DNA from: Callorhinchus milii
Lineage: Eukaryota
DNA: 64,000 nucleotides
Assembly: GCF_018977255.1 (NCBI RefSeq)
Contig: NW_024704743.1
Coordinates: forward strand, 42,968,001 to 43,032,000
Direction of reading: 5' to 3'
In this document: in pieces, positions 1-12,800 of the stretch
Layout: each line of letters starts with the position of its first letter
How positions within the stretch are numbered: position 1 is the stretch's first letter
Translations under genes and position numbers: made by a program
The notes under the pieces: generated by a model
The model's input: only the letters and a program-made list of their open reading frames with translations
What the model was told of the DNA's origin: nothing
Database searches by the model: none

Positions 1-794
1 CTGCAATTTACATCCCGTGCCCCCCACAAACATTCCCTATATCTTTACCATTATCAATTTACAACCACAGAATATTCCTTCATTCCAGAGATTATTCTTT
101 CATATTTACCCACTGAAACCTTTCAGAATTTCAAAACGTTTGTTTTGATCCCCTCAATTGTAGTGGTCAGTGGGATCAATGATCACTTTTGGGTTGAATT
201 TTATGCTCACCTGGGAGAAAGATTTTAGAGCCAGAGAATTTCCCATTTAGGGCATTCATTGTCAGCATCAACTCAGGTAGGACACATTGAGGATAAAGCT
301 GCCTCTGCTACATCCAACAATACATCTCAGCATGAATTATTGTGCTGGTGTGACAATTTTCACTTCTCCTGTCCTGTGTTTTATGTTTTCTGCAAGTTTA
401 ATGGCAAATTATGTACCTCTGTCTACAAGGAACTTGAAACATTGATGTTTAAAGAGCCTCATTTCAATTTATTTGGTAAGAAACTAAAAATATGTAGCAC
501 AAACTAAATTCTGGCAACATCATCATAGGCCCACCATTATTTATTACAAGGACTCTAGCAATTTAAAGAGAAAGACTCGCATCTTTTTAGTACAGCAAGA
601 AATGCGCAATATTGCTGGCCATGCCAGCATCGTTTACATCCCGAAATGAGTAAAATGAAATGTTAGCAAGTATTATCAATTTATACAACATATTAAAAGT
701 ATTTGTCCACAATAGTACTCTGTGAGCTTTTACAACAACAATGGGGTAACATATCAGAGCGAGTTTAGTTTACCATAATATTTGTCTGACTTAC

Positions 795-837
795 CAAAGC
801 CATGATGTCCGAGATCACAAGCACAATAAGGAACAAA
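795..837 (-). CDS. PIGN: PIGN coding exon 26 (last in window)
   Basis: [14 protein letters not shown]; 43 nt; donor GTAAGT. Confidence 0.96.
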
Positions 838-3800
838 CTATTTTGAAAGAATACAAAAAGGCGTTCTTAGGATTTAATACTAACCATAATATTGAAAAAA
901 ATCTTAATGAAATATCTGGAAAAACACCAATGTTGACATTATTATTGACATTCACTGTACATACCTGTTTGACGATAACTGAGTTGAAACCTGAATACTT
1001 TCAAATGCGCACATTACAATCACAAAAGGAATCAGTATCTGCAAATAAAAAGAATGACTTGAAAATATCTTAAAAATAAAGTATTTGGTTCATATTTCGT
1101 ACCAAAACAAAGTCATATTGTCATTGAATACAAATATTCCAGGCAAGTCACCTATGGTCCAATTGTGGTCACCACACTTTAGGAAAGATATCAAGGCTTT
1201 GGAGGGAGAGTTACCAGAATGGTACCAGGGATGAGTAGCTAGAATTGTGCTCCTTAGAGCAGAGCAGGTTAAGAGGAAATTTAATAGAGGTGTTCAAAAT
1301 TACGAGGGGTTTTGATAGTGGATAGGGAGAAACTGTTTCCACTGGTAGGTAAGTCGGTAACCATGGGACATAGATTTAAGATAATTGGCTAAAAGAACTA
1401 TAATAATAAATAATAATACTTGCATTTGACATAGCGCCTTATCATATCTTAGAAACATCTCAAAGCGCTTCACAGAAAATACTGTAAAGTGAATTGACTA
1501 TATATTTTGTGGGCGAAACGCGGCAGCCAATTGTGCACAGCAGTGTCCCACAAATAGTTGTGGATTGAGTGACCAAGTTACTTCTTATTTATCTTGAAAG
1601 AATTACGATCCCCGGAAAAGCGATCAGCCAATCGACTAACAATCGGGTTCCCATTTACTGCTAGGTAAACAGAGGTGTGTGGAGTAAGGAAACTTGCCCA
1701 AAGTTTCGGCCAGAAAGGAGATGAGAAGAATTTATTTATTTATTTAAACACAGAGAGTTGTTACGGTCTGGAATGCCCTTTCTGAAAGGGTAGTGGAAAC
1801 AGATGCAATAACAACTTTCAAAGGGGAATTGGATAGGTACTTGAAAAGGAAAAATGTGCAAGGATATGTGGAAAGAGTGGGACTGATTGGGTAGCTCTTC
1901 TAAAGAGCCGGCACAGGCATAATGGGTCAAATGGCCTCCTTCTGTGCTGAAGTATTCTATGATTCTATGAAACTTGGAAGATTCAGTCATTCTCTTCAAT
2001 AGATTCAAAAGGCAAATCATCTCTCTTACATAAATGGTAGATAGACACTGCCTTGCCTTCTTCATACACATTTTTCCAGGCATAGGTAAGCAGGGTGTCT
2101 CTCTCCCCCTCTCGCTGAGTGAAAATTATTTGATATTTCCTCTTCCTTTTGAATTGACATCAATTCCAGACAGGGCGAAACCTTGGGCAAGTTTCCTTAC
2201 TCCACACAGAGCCTAATAATAATCCCTCCAAAACCAAAAACAATAATAAATTGGTCATTTTCAATCTACGACTGTTTGTGGGACATTGCTGTGCGCAATT
2301 GGCTGCCGCGTTCGCCACAAATATACAGTCAATTCACTTTACAGTGTGTTCTGTGAAGCGCTTTGGGACATCCTCCCGACGTGAAAAGCGCTACATCAAA
2401 AGCAAGGATTATTATTATTATTATTCCTCTCCTGAGAACACTGAGGCCAATTGTCTCCAACTGCTTTCTCTTGTGAAATCAGCAAAATCTATATACTAGA
2501 AAACAAACCTGGGAATCTCTTCGACTCAATGTCAAACCATATAACATTTTCACTATTGAACAAAAAAAATTACAATTTAACATTTCAATAATCTACCCTT
2601 TTCTTCTGAATTCTCCACTATAAACTTAACAATGCGCTTCACAAGCTTGGAGAAAATATTTATTGAATGTGAGGCACGCACACACTTCCAGATTGCAAAC
2701 ACTTCTTGTCAACAAGGCCATGTACTCAACTGCTTATTTTGGCTTGAGTAATTGATCCCTTCCCTCATTTAGTATAACTGGAGCTGCAACAAAATTGTCC
2801 CTTGTCTTTCTTTATCCAAGATCTCAAACATCCAATGCAATTTTTTTGTAAAGCAATTATGTATTTTTTCCAGGCATAGGCACAGGGTGTCTCTTTCCCT
2901 CTCACTGAGTGAAAATTATTTGATATTTTGTAATACATAACTGCTTCACAAACATTGTATAAGACAGCTGCATTTAATGGTGCTCATATCCTGTTGGTGA
3001 GCAACAAAAACCAATACATTGCAACCTTCAAGCAGAAGAATATTTTGAAGGGTATCATAAAATGATTAGAAATGCATTAAGCAACTATTCTTAGACAAAA
3101 GTGGCAGCTAATTTGCAAATAGCAATGTCCCGTAAACAACAAATTGCGTAGCCAATTAATCTGAATTATTTGGGCTGAATTGCGATGAGGGTATCAGTCA
3201 AAACAATGGGAAGAATCTGTCTACTCTTTGAATTACTGGCATAATTAATGTTCACTTGAGTCACAACGTAACAAGCACAATTTCTGTACATAGCATCCTT
3301 CACATGAGTTGCATCTCAGAGCAATTATCAGCAAGCGGTGCGGTTTGTTGTTGAGCTGAAAAGGGAAGGAAGGTGACCTAAGGCACAGTCTAAGAGGAAA
3401 GTCTTCAGGTGTGATTTGAAGGTGGGCAAAGATGGGGCAAGACAGAGGGATTGAGGTAGGGGTTCCAGAGATTCGGGGCATAGTGGCTGAAAGCACGGAT
3501 GGCAATCGTGGAGCGGAGGGGACGAGGGACGTAAAGAAGGCCCGAGCCAGCTGAGCAAAGGCGTCAGGCAGTTGAGGGGTTGTGAGCAGACTGGAGAGGT
3601 AGGTAGGTGCCAGGGTGTGAGATGATTTGAAAGTGAGAGTGAAGATCTTGAAATCAATCTGTTCTGCAACAAGGAGCCAGGTAATAACTGTGATGATGGG
3701 AGTACAGAGTCTGGTAAGAGTGAGCACACTGGTGGCAGTGTATTATATTATTTGGACCTTGCTGGGGAAACCATTTAGGAGTGTGTTGGAAAAAATGGAG

Positions 3801-6800
3801 GCAAATCTATGCAATGCAAACAGTATCTCAGGTGAACAACTCATTTGAAAAAGAAATGATTGTTTGGAAGAACTTAGTAAACAAACAAACTGCTGCTTGG
3901 ATAATAATAATAGATCAAATGGAGTGTTAACTCCATACCCACCCGCCCCACTTCCCAACTCCACTGGAGCATCATATTAAACCACAAGCTCAATGTACTG
4001 AGAAAAGTTTTGAGCCCTCAACTTTCTGAACTCAAAGGAGAAATTGCTGCCAACTGAATCCGGCTGACACAGACAGAAAGAAATCCAAATTGTTTTGTCC
4101 CAACAGAATTGATTTATTTTGCAATAAAGGCAGCAGTATCTTAAATATTTGCATTACAAAAAAAANTCTTGTTGGATGTTTGAGATCTTGGATAAAGAAA
4201 GACAAGGGACAATTTTTGTCGCAGCTCTAGTCAGTTAAAAGTAGACCAAAGAGAAACTCTCTTGGCTTGCCAGTCATCATTGGATGCTGGTGTCCTCAAC
4301 ATACTCTTCTTTCTTGTTTTGACACTGGGTCTACTGAATTAATTTGTTTGTCAGCTTCAATGAACCTTTTCATCAAGGCATTTGTCACCTCTGCATCGAT
4401 AAAAAGCATCAGCCTCTTGTACATCACCCTTTCTTTGTCAGCCTGAGCAAATGTCACACAAGGCATGATTGAAACAAATTAAACAGAAAATATTGCATTA
4501 CTGCTGACAAGAGTGAAAGACCATTATGGAGCCAATAAGATCCTTAATGATTCAATGAAATATAAAATATTTCATTTTCCACTCTGAAATGAGACATGGA
4601 TCAAACTGGGATCAAATTAGTGAACATTATATATTTTAATATTAATATTGGACACTTGTAGAGTGCCTAATCAAAGTGAAGTTGAGCATTTGATAAAATA
4701 CCAAAATAGTGACAGCACAGATCAGGTAGGTATAGCTCTGTAACAGTTATATGGGGCCTGACCTTATACAGAGGCTAAGCTGCTCTTTGGATCTGACAAA
4801 TGAAACTGTAGTTAGAGATTCTGATCGTTGACAGTGTGCTACTGGCTGCTGATCAGTGACATAGATGGGCAGTGACTGAGAGAACTAGCACCTCGGGGAG
4901 AAAACTCACTTGCATATTAAAAATGGGCGAGTGACTTTCAATATCTTACACAAAGAAAAACTATCACTGCAATAATAAAAACAAATGTATAAACCAACAT
5001 AATAACATTTTTTGAAGTCTGTACCATTTCTCCAAGGATTAGTATGGCACATTCCCCTGTTAAACACATTTTCAAACTTGCAAATAATCCATCAACGAGA
5101 ATGAACTGCTTAAATTACAGTTGCACAAAATCTAAACCAGTTAAAAAAGTTAGAGATCTTAGGCCTGACGACAATATTTTGTCAAAGTCAACTACCATGT
5201 AAAGGATTATCAACTAACAATGAGTAATCACTCTACATTTATTTTCGATCGTTGTTCGATTGAAGTATGTGGGTGAGTGAACAGTTGTGATGAAGCTATG
5301 AATTGGTGAATTATTAGAGTACAAGGAGGAAGACAAGATCAATCCACCCCCTCCAGCCCATTACAATCCATAAAGCTCGAGGTCTTTTAGATCAAAATGA
5401 AAACACCAACCTTCCACATCATTAATGCGCCCATCACAAAAGGGTTAAAAACAGTCAGGAAGCAGTACACAGAGGCAGGATCAAAACTGGGATGAGATAG
5501 AAGGTATCAATGAATTTAGTATATTTTTCTTTCTTAATAAATATATTCTTCTCCTTCCTATCCTCCCCTTTCCCTCAATTCTGGCTTTTAAAAATACATA
5601 GGATAGAAATGTCTAAACATTTTAACAAGTGTAAGATTTCTCCCATAGGATTTACAAATATGCGTACTTTAAATTTCTAATCCTGAGGTTATAAAGCAGA
5701 TTTGGAGAACTATAAAAAAAGAACTATTCCAAGAAATCTTATTATGAATATTGAAATTTCAGTAAAACACATATTCTGCCTGCTTAAGCGCAACTGCCTA
5801 CCACCCATCCCCCCCACCCCACACACACAAAAAAACCTTCCTAATCATTGTAATAGATTTCAAATCCCTAGTTTAAATGTACCTGTTAACAGAAGCTATA
5901 TTTCCAGTTCCAAAGAACGCGGTCACAATGAAGAAAGTCTAAAATGTCTTAGTTAAGGTAAAATCCATAGATTAAAAATTTAATTATCATGAAAGAAATC
6001 CCTATAATAGTCTTCGAATTTGAACTGTGTATTATCCTAGTAATTAACTACTAGTCATAGTATTATGTCAGAAATGAAATACTCAATACCATTTTAATCC
6101 TTGGATTAATTTAAATTCATTCTGGAGTCTGAATTCAGTAAAGGAAAAAAGTAGAGAACAATGAGGCCAAAATATCTACCTGAACCACAAGAGAATCACT
6201 TGCAAGAAGGTAAACCTTTCTAGGCTAATCTGCTGTAATAAAAGACAGACAGGTAATCGTTCTACTATTGCACAGAAATAGTAAAATTAACCTTTCCTTT
6301 TGAGATATTTTAAAAATATATCTAACTTATAAAATGCTCAGTTGATTTATGGAAGGAAGAGAAATGTGTAAATTTAAAAGGCAGCACCAAGCTAAGAACT
6401 ACTATAGAATCTAAAGTTAACAAAAAGACAAATTCTGTCTTATTTTGTCAATTAGATTCACAAATTAACAAGCATAGACCCTGAGTTCCTTGTTTCGTGA
6501 TTTGTAAATATCAGCATTTTAAAACTTGTTTTGTCTCATTTCCAAAAAGGTAGAATAATTTAAATGTCACTAGAAACACAGAATCTCAAACAATAAAAGG
6601 ATACAAAGAAATAAGATCTTCTTATATCGTCAAGTCTGATCTGCCGAAGCTGTGTTCCATCTGCCTTCTGGGCAAAATCAATCATGGAGAGCTGTAAAAA
6701 TGCAAACACATCTCAATCGGGTTCAAAATGCAGAGATTTCTAACAGGACTCTTAAAAAACGAATCTGAGTGAGTATCCTTCTGGTAACCAGTATGTCATG

Positions 6801-9800
6801 CATACTTGCGAGAACTGAGCTCTGAAAATAGATCAGATTGGAGCACATCTGATGGTGTGATGTGCTTCTAGTTTCCTCATTAAGATATCCTGTTAGAAAT
6901 CACCTCATATTAGACCACAATGACAAGGGAATTGCCCTAGTATGATGACTGCACCAAAATTATTTTACCATCATTCCGACAATAGCACAACTCTAGTTAT
7001 TTGCCAGAAAATCTACAATTCAATTTTGAACAGTCTATTAATGACATCAGGCATAGTTTTCAAAGCTATAACAAAATGTACTGGTTCATAAAAGGAATCC
7101 AATCAATTGCAAGCTCTACTGGAAATCTAATTCAGAACTGGATCATTTTACAATACAAAGCTTCCAGTATGGCCAGAGAATTCATGTGGCCATATTTGCA
7201 TATTCATATCTGTACTAATGGATGTTTAATGCTGAAATGGAGGATAATTTACATTTAGAACAATCATTATAGTTATTGAAATACAGTCAACTGCTTTCAA
7301 TTTTCATTGAGGGAAATTGGGTCCAGAGTCCTACTGGGTTCAACCACAAGCGATGGTATTGTCCTTCAATCAAGCTGTCTGTCCTTATATACTAACCTTT
7401 ACTTTACACCAACTGTATGCCACTGCTAAACTCCATCAAATCTCAACTGGGTACAACAAGATTGGTGGAAAGGTAGATACAAATGTATGGGTGCTTTCTA
7501 GACCCTACATATTTTGGATGGTCCCAAAGGGCCTAAAATATAGCAAAAAATCCTGCAAAATTAAAGGTAAGTTGATCGTGGCTGCAGAACCTGTTGAATA
7601 GGCTTAAGTTGTCACTGTACAGAAAGCGTTTATGTAACTATGCAGAAATATTTGAAGCCGCCCGCAACAGGCTATACTGTCCCTGTTTAAATGTCAATTT
7701 AAAACATCTCAACTTGTTTTGAGGCCACTGTGATGATGCCAAAATAATGGAACTTATTGTTACATGATACTCATCAGTGGAAGAGTTCTGCAATAATATA
7801 GCAAGAGGATTTGGGATCCAAAGACAGGTAAACCAATCCACTTGTGAGTCTTCTCTGAATTTAGCAGATTCCAGTCGATAACAGCTCACTAGATTCGACT
7901 GAATTACAGAAGAACAACAAGAGGTGACCGTAAGCACAGTCAAAAAAGGTTTTCAGGTGGGTTCTGAAAAAGGGGAGAGAGAGAGCAAAGTGGAGGGATT
8001 GAGGGAGAGTTTTCCAGAGTTTCAGGGCCCAGTGGCAGAATGTGTGACCTACAATGGTGGAGCGGAGGGTGCGAGGGACAAGCAGGAGGCCGGTGCCAAT
8101 CGAACAGAGGTGCCGGGTGGTGGATTGGGGAGTGAGGAGGTTGGAGAGGTAAGGAGGTGCCAGGGAGTGAAGGGATTTGAACACGAGTGTGAGGATCTTG
8201 AAGTCGATCCATTCAGTGATGGGGAGCCAGTGGAGCCTGACTAGAACTAGTCAGATGGTGTCATGGAGTTTGTCTGGGTAAGTTATTGTAAATACTGCAT
8301 GTAAATTATGTTTTCCATTGTACTGAATTCTATAATCCTTGCCTTTCTTATAAATAACGCCTTTCTTGCCAGGAGGACAGCTCAAAGCATTTCACAGGAT
8401 TTACTAACACGTAGTCACTGTGTATTTTGTTGGCAAATCCTATTTACCTACAATTGGTGCCATATTGTATTGACAGGCCTCTCAATGTCAAGTAGACTAT
8501 AACAACATTTCAAAACATTGAGTCTCATTACCTTCTGAGCAGGAGAAATACCATGTATCTGCACCGTTTCCTGTTCCAGGTTAATCCAAACAAACATCAA
8601 GCAGCAGAGCACTAGAGGAAATAAAGCCTCATATCTGATAGAAACAAATTGTTAAAGGCCAAACTTCAGTAGTATGTGTACAACACCGAGTGAAATCTGC
8701 AGCAAGCCGCTATATTTACCTCAATTTTTACTTCAAATTAGTAACACATAGAAAAGATTTTCCCATTGGTCAAGGATTATTTACTTCAATGCATCCTTTT
8801 TCAGTATGACAAATAAGTAATCTAGGCATGGGTTGCTCCATGTACTATTCAGATCACAGTCAAAGGCATGTTCTCTTTAATCTCATTAGATGTCTGAGTG
8901 GGGAATTTGAGGGTAAGATACTGTACCATTTAGACTAAAAACCACAAGCATAATGGTGTGAACTGAATACCTTAATTATGCTATCAGGTTACAGAAGAAA
9001 TAGGATGAGACTTTATTTTTCAAAACACATTGGGAAAGAATTGTGAGCCTCCTCCTAAAAGGAGAAGGTAAAAAAATCATCACTCATTCAGTTATTGAAG
9101 TGTTCATTAATTCAACTCCATACAGTTTTGCTTGATATGCAAAATGACATTCCAATATACTGATATTTACTTTCTAATTGTATTATGCGTGTAAAAAAAA
9201 AGCAGTTTCAAATTTACTTCAGAACTGCAAAATAAATTCCGATATAAAATAAAGCTAGCTCAAAGATTCCATTTTTTTTAATACCAAGCTGCAGTGATGG
9301 ACCTGCGAGATCTATTATTCAAGCTGGATATTGTATTATTGTATCATGATGGTTGGCTTAGCTTCAATTTCCTATTTTCCCTGCTTGCTGTGGGTGGAAG
9401 GGAAGAGTTTGTAGAAGTCAAACGCAAAAAAGGGACAGTTCTAATGCCCTCATGTTATGAGGCATATCCGAAAAAATAATTTACACCAAAAACACACAAA
9501 ATACTTCCTTGTATCGATTTATTAATCTACCTACAAGGAGAAAAATCCTATTTGTATGGATTATGTAATCATTTTCATTTCACTTTTGTATTGTGAAGTC
9601 TGATGTACATGTGAAGAGCTGTAACTTGAATTACTGGGATATGTCTGAAGATTGATGATCACATTGTAATCAAAGACAAGTCAACAATTCTTGTCTCGCT
9701 GACAGCCTACCCATTTGAGACAAACATCCAATGTACTTCATTGTACTATTATCATTTAATAATCCTTGCATTTGATATAGAGCTTTTCACGTCTTCTAGA

Positions 9801-12800
9801 CGTCTCAAAGTGCTTCACAGAAAATGCTGTAAAGTGAATTGAGCGTATATTTGTGGGAAAAACAGGGCAGCCAATTGTGCACAGCAGTGTCCCACAGACA
9901 GTCGTGGATTGAAAATGACCAATTTATTATTTTTTTTGTTTTTTGGAGGGATTATTATTAGGCGTGTGGAGTAAGGAAACTTGCCCAAGGTTTCACCCTG
10001 CCTGGAATTGAACCCAAGTCTCTCTATTTATTGACTATTATAATAATAGTACTATTATAATAATAGGATTATTTATTTGTCAGGATGTATTAACTTTTTT
10101 TTATTTTACACCTAATATTCATTAAAACTAAATTAGCTTAAACAATTAATTCACACCAGAAATTCATAAAATAAAATAATTTCTGTATATCTATTTAAAA
10201 TTATAATAATTTACCTGCATGGGAAAAACATACTTGTTTGGATTATGTAACCTTTTCATTTCATACTACAGAAACGCTTAAAAGTCTGTGTACACGTGAA
10301 GGACGGGACATCCTCCCAACATGAAAGGCGCTCTATAAATGTTATTTTGTTGTTGTTGTTGAAGAGCTATAACTTGATTTAAAGATATGCAGAGTCGTTC
10401 CACTTTATAGTATATTCTGTGAAGAGCTTTAGGTTGGCCTCGCAGCATGGATGCACTATACCAAGTGTAAGGATTATTATTATTAATTCATGGAAATGCA
10501 ATTTACTGAAACTATATTATGGACCTAGATAGTCGTCTGAAAAGTCAAAATCTATATTTTGTCTTAAACTTAACATTCGTGATATTATTAAACAGTGAAT
10601 TTTCCAGGTGCTAACCCTAATTAGCAGTTCAGATGATGTCTTAACTGTTGTCTATAATCCAGGAAAAATTGTAATATGTAATATTTACACATAAACTGTT
10701 TATAGAAGTGTTTGTAGTTACAGAATTTAGTCTGGGAGTGCGAGACTGAGGAATTTCTTTGGTTGAATTTCCAGGACTGGGAAATCTGGCGAGGCAATTG
10801 ATGTTGGCTGGCATGGAGTAGAAACCTACTGTGAGATGAAAGATACCAGCAGCCCTCGTGGATTTGTATTACTGGCCTATGATGTTAAAATGAAGTGTTA
10901 ATATTTTGAAATTGTGCAGTTTTATACAACAGGTGTGGTGTTATTTTAGTCATATACTATTGGATATATAAAGAGTATCTCATTGCAACAAGATGGAATT
11001 ATAGCAAAATAGTGCCATTTGCTATAAGCAATATGGTGATAGTAACATGCTACCAGACATGGAAATGAACTAATAACATTTGCTAACATGAATTAAAAAC
11101 ATTGCATTGTTAAATATTACATAATCCTTGCACGACAGTACAGATTGTGATACCATAGATTCCATCGTACATTGCTCTGTAATTAGATTAGTGAAAGCAT
11201 ATAAAGCAACGTTTGCAAACCCAGTTTTTGCTCTGACTCCAGCACTGAATATCAATGATTAGTCAATACATAGTGCATTTTCCCAGTACTATACTTTGTG
11301 CAAATGCATCCAGAGATCAATTTAAAAAGTTGCTATATTTTGCAGGAAAATTAAGCAGTTTTACAGACACAATCTTAAAAGTTTTAGTGGGAACATTCCG
11401 AAGGAATGATTAGCAGAGATATGGCCTTCTAAAAAGAAAGGATACCCTGTGCTGAGTAAAAGGTAGGTGGATATCAAGGAGAGAGAAATGCTTAGCAGTC
11501 GGTGGAAGAAAACTGTAGAGCTAAGCACTGGCATTAAAAAGGAAGAGGCTGTAACACAAGAGAGAAATACAAATGAGTACAACTCTGAGGAACAAAATGC
11601 ATCATCAAACTGTTAAAAGATTCCATCAGCAGAGCATAAAATTTGACTCTTAACAGCTTTGCATTGCTTGAAATTCATCTATTTCAGGACAATCGAATGT
11701 ATAAATGGCATATCAGTCATTCACTTATAGAAAAAGTACAACTACTTGGAAAACCAAATATTCTTATAAATCATTTAGCAGTTAAAACTATTATACCTTA
11801 AAATTCCCTTTTCTTTTTTAATGTTAAACTTTTTATAAAATTTTATCCCCTCTCCCCAGTGCATCATTTTCTGGCTAAGAATAGGTAAATCACTGTAAAT
11901 CACCCAAAGCTTATATGTTTTCCATTCCAATAAATATCTCTGGAATTTAATAATAATAATCCTTGTTTTTGATATAGCACCTTATCATGTCATTGAGACA
12001 TCTCAAAGCGCTTCACAGAATATATTGTAAATTTCCCCGTATAGGTGGGATGCATAGACCTGTTTGTTTTGGATACTCTCAGGCATAGTCCTGGGTTTCT
12101 GCATTTGTCAGAGTCTGGTCAATCAAATGAGGACCTACAAGATGAATCAATATGCCCTGGGGTAACTTGCCCTAGTCTCCATTTGACTTGTCCAAATATC
12201 ATACATTTTAGTCCCTGAGATGACCTGACCTTAGTTCAATTACACATCTGAGTTCTTACTCAGGCCACTAGATGGAATTCTTTTTGGAGGTCAAATACTT
12301 AATAGTAATGCGAGAGACAATGTGAGACTGAGAGAATTAGGTAGAAAGGATGGTAAGAGAGAGAAAAAAAGAAAACTAATTGAAGGATACAGGGATCTTT
12401 GACTGACGCAATTAAATACACCACAGGACATGATGTCCAGTGCTACTGGGGTTTGGAGAGGAATGTTATCTATCGAAGTTAATAGGTTAAGGCTGAGACT
12501 GGAGATGAATGGGGATTCTGTTATTGTCCTCAATTTCCTTTGGGATTAAGGAGTGTTTGTGAAGAACCCTGGAAATTAAATGAATGGGCGGGGTCCATGA
12601 TAGAATTATATTCTGGTCTGTGGAAGGAGCAGAGGGAATGTTTTTTCTCATTCATGTCTTCTTATGCTATTAATCACTCAATTTGCCAACCTACAACAAA
12701 ATACTTATTATGCTTTCTGTGACATGAAATTTAAAGTTTCATACTCATTTCACCTTGAGGTTGAATACAATTTGAACATTTTATAGGAAAGGGAAAAATT

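Noticed and set aside
4230..4282. Possible C/D snoRNA on the minus strand (ATGATGA...CTGA)
   Set aside because: Only about 50 nt, no terminal stem or recognisable rRNA guide.
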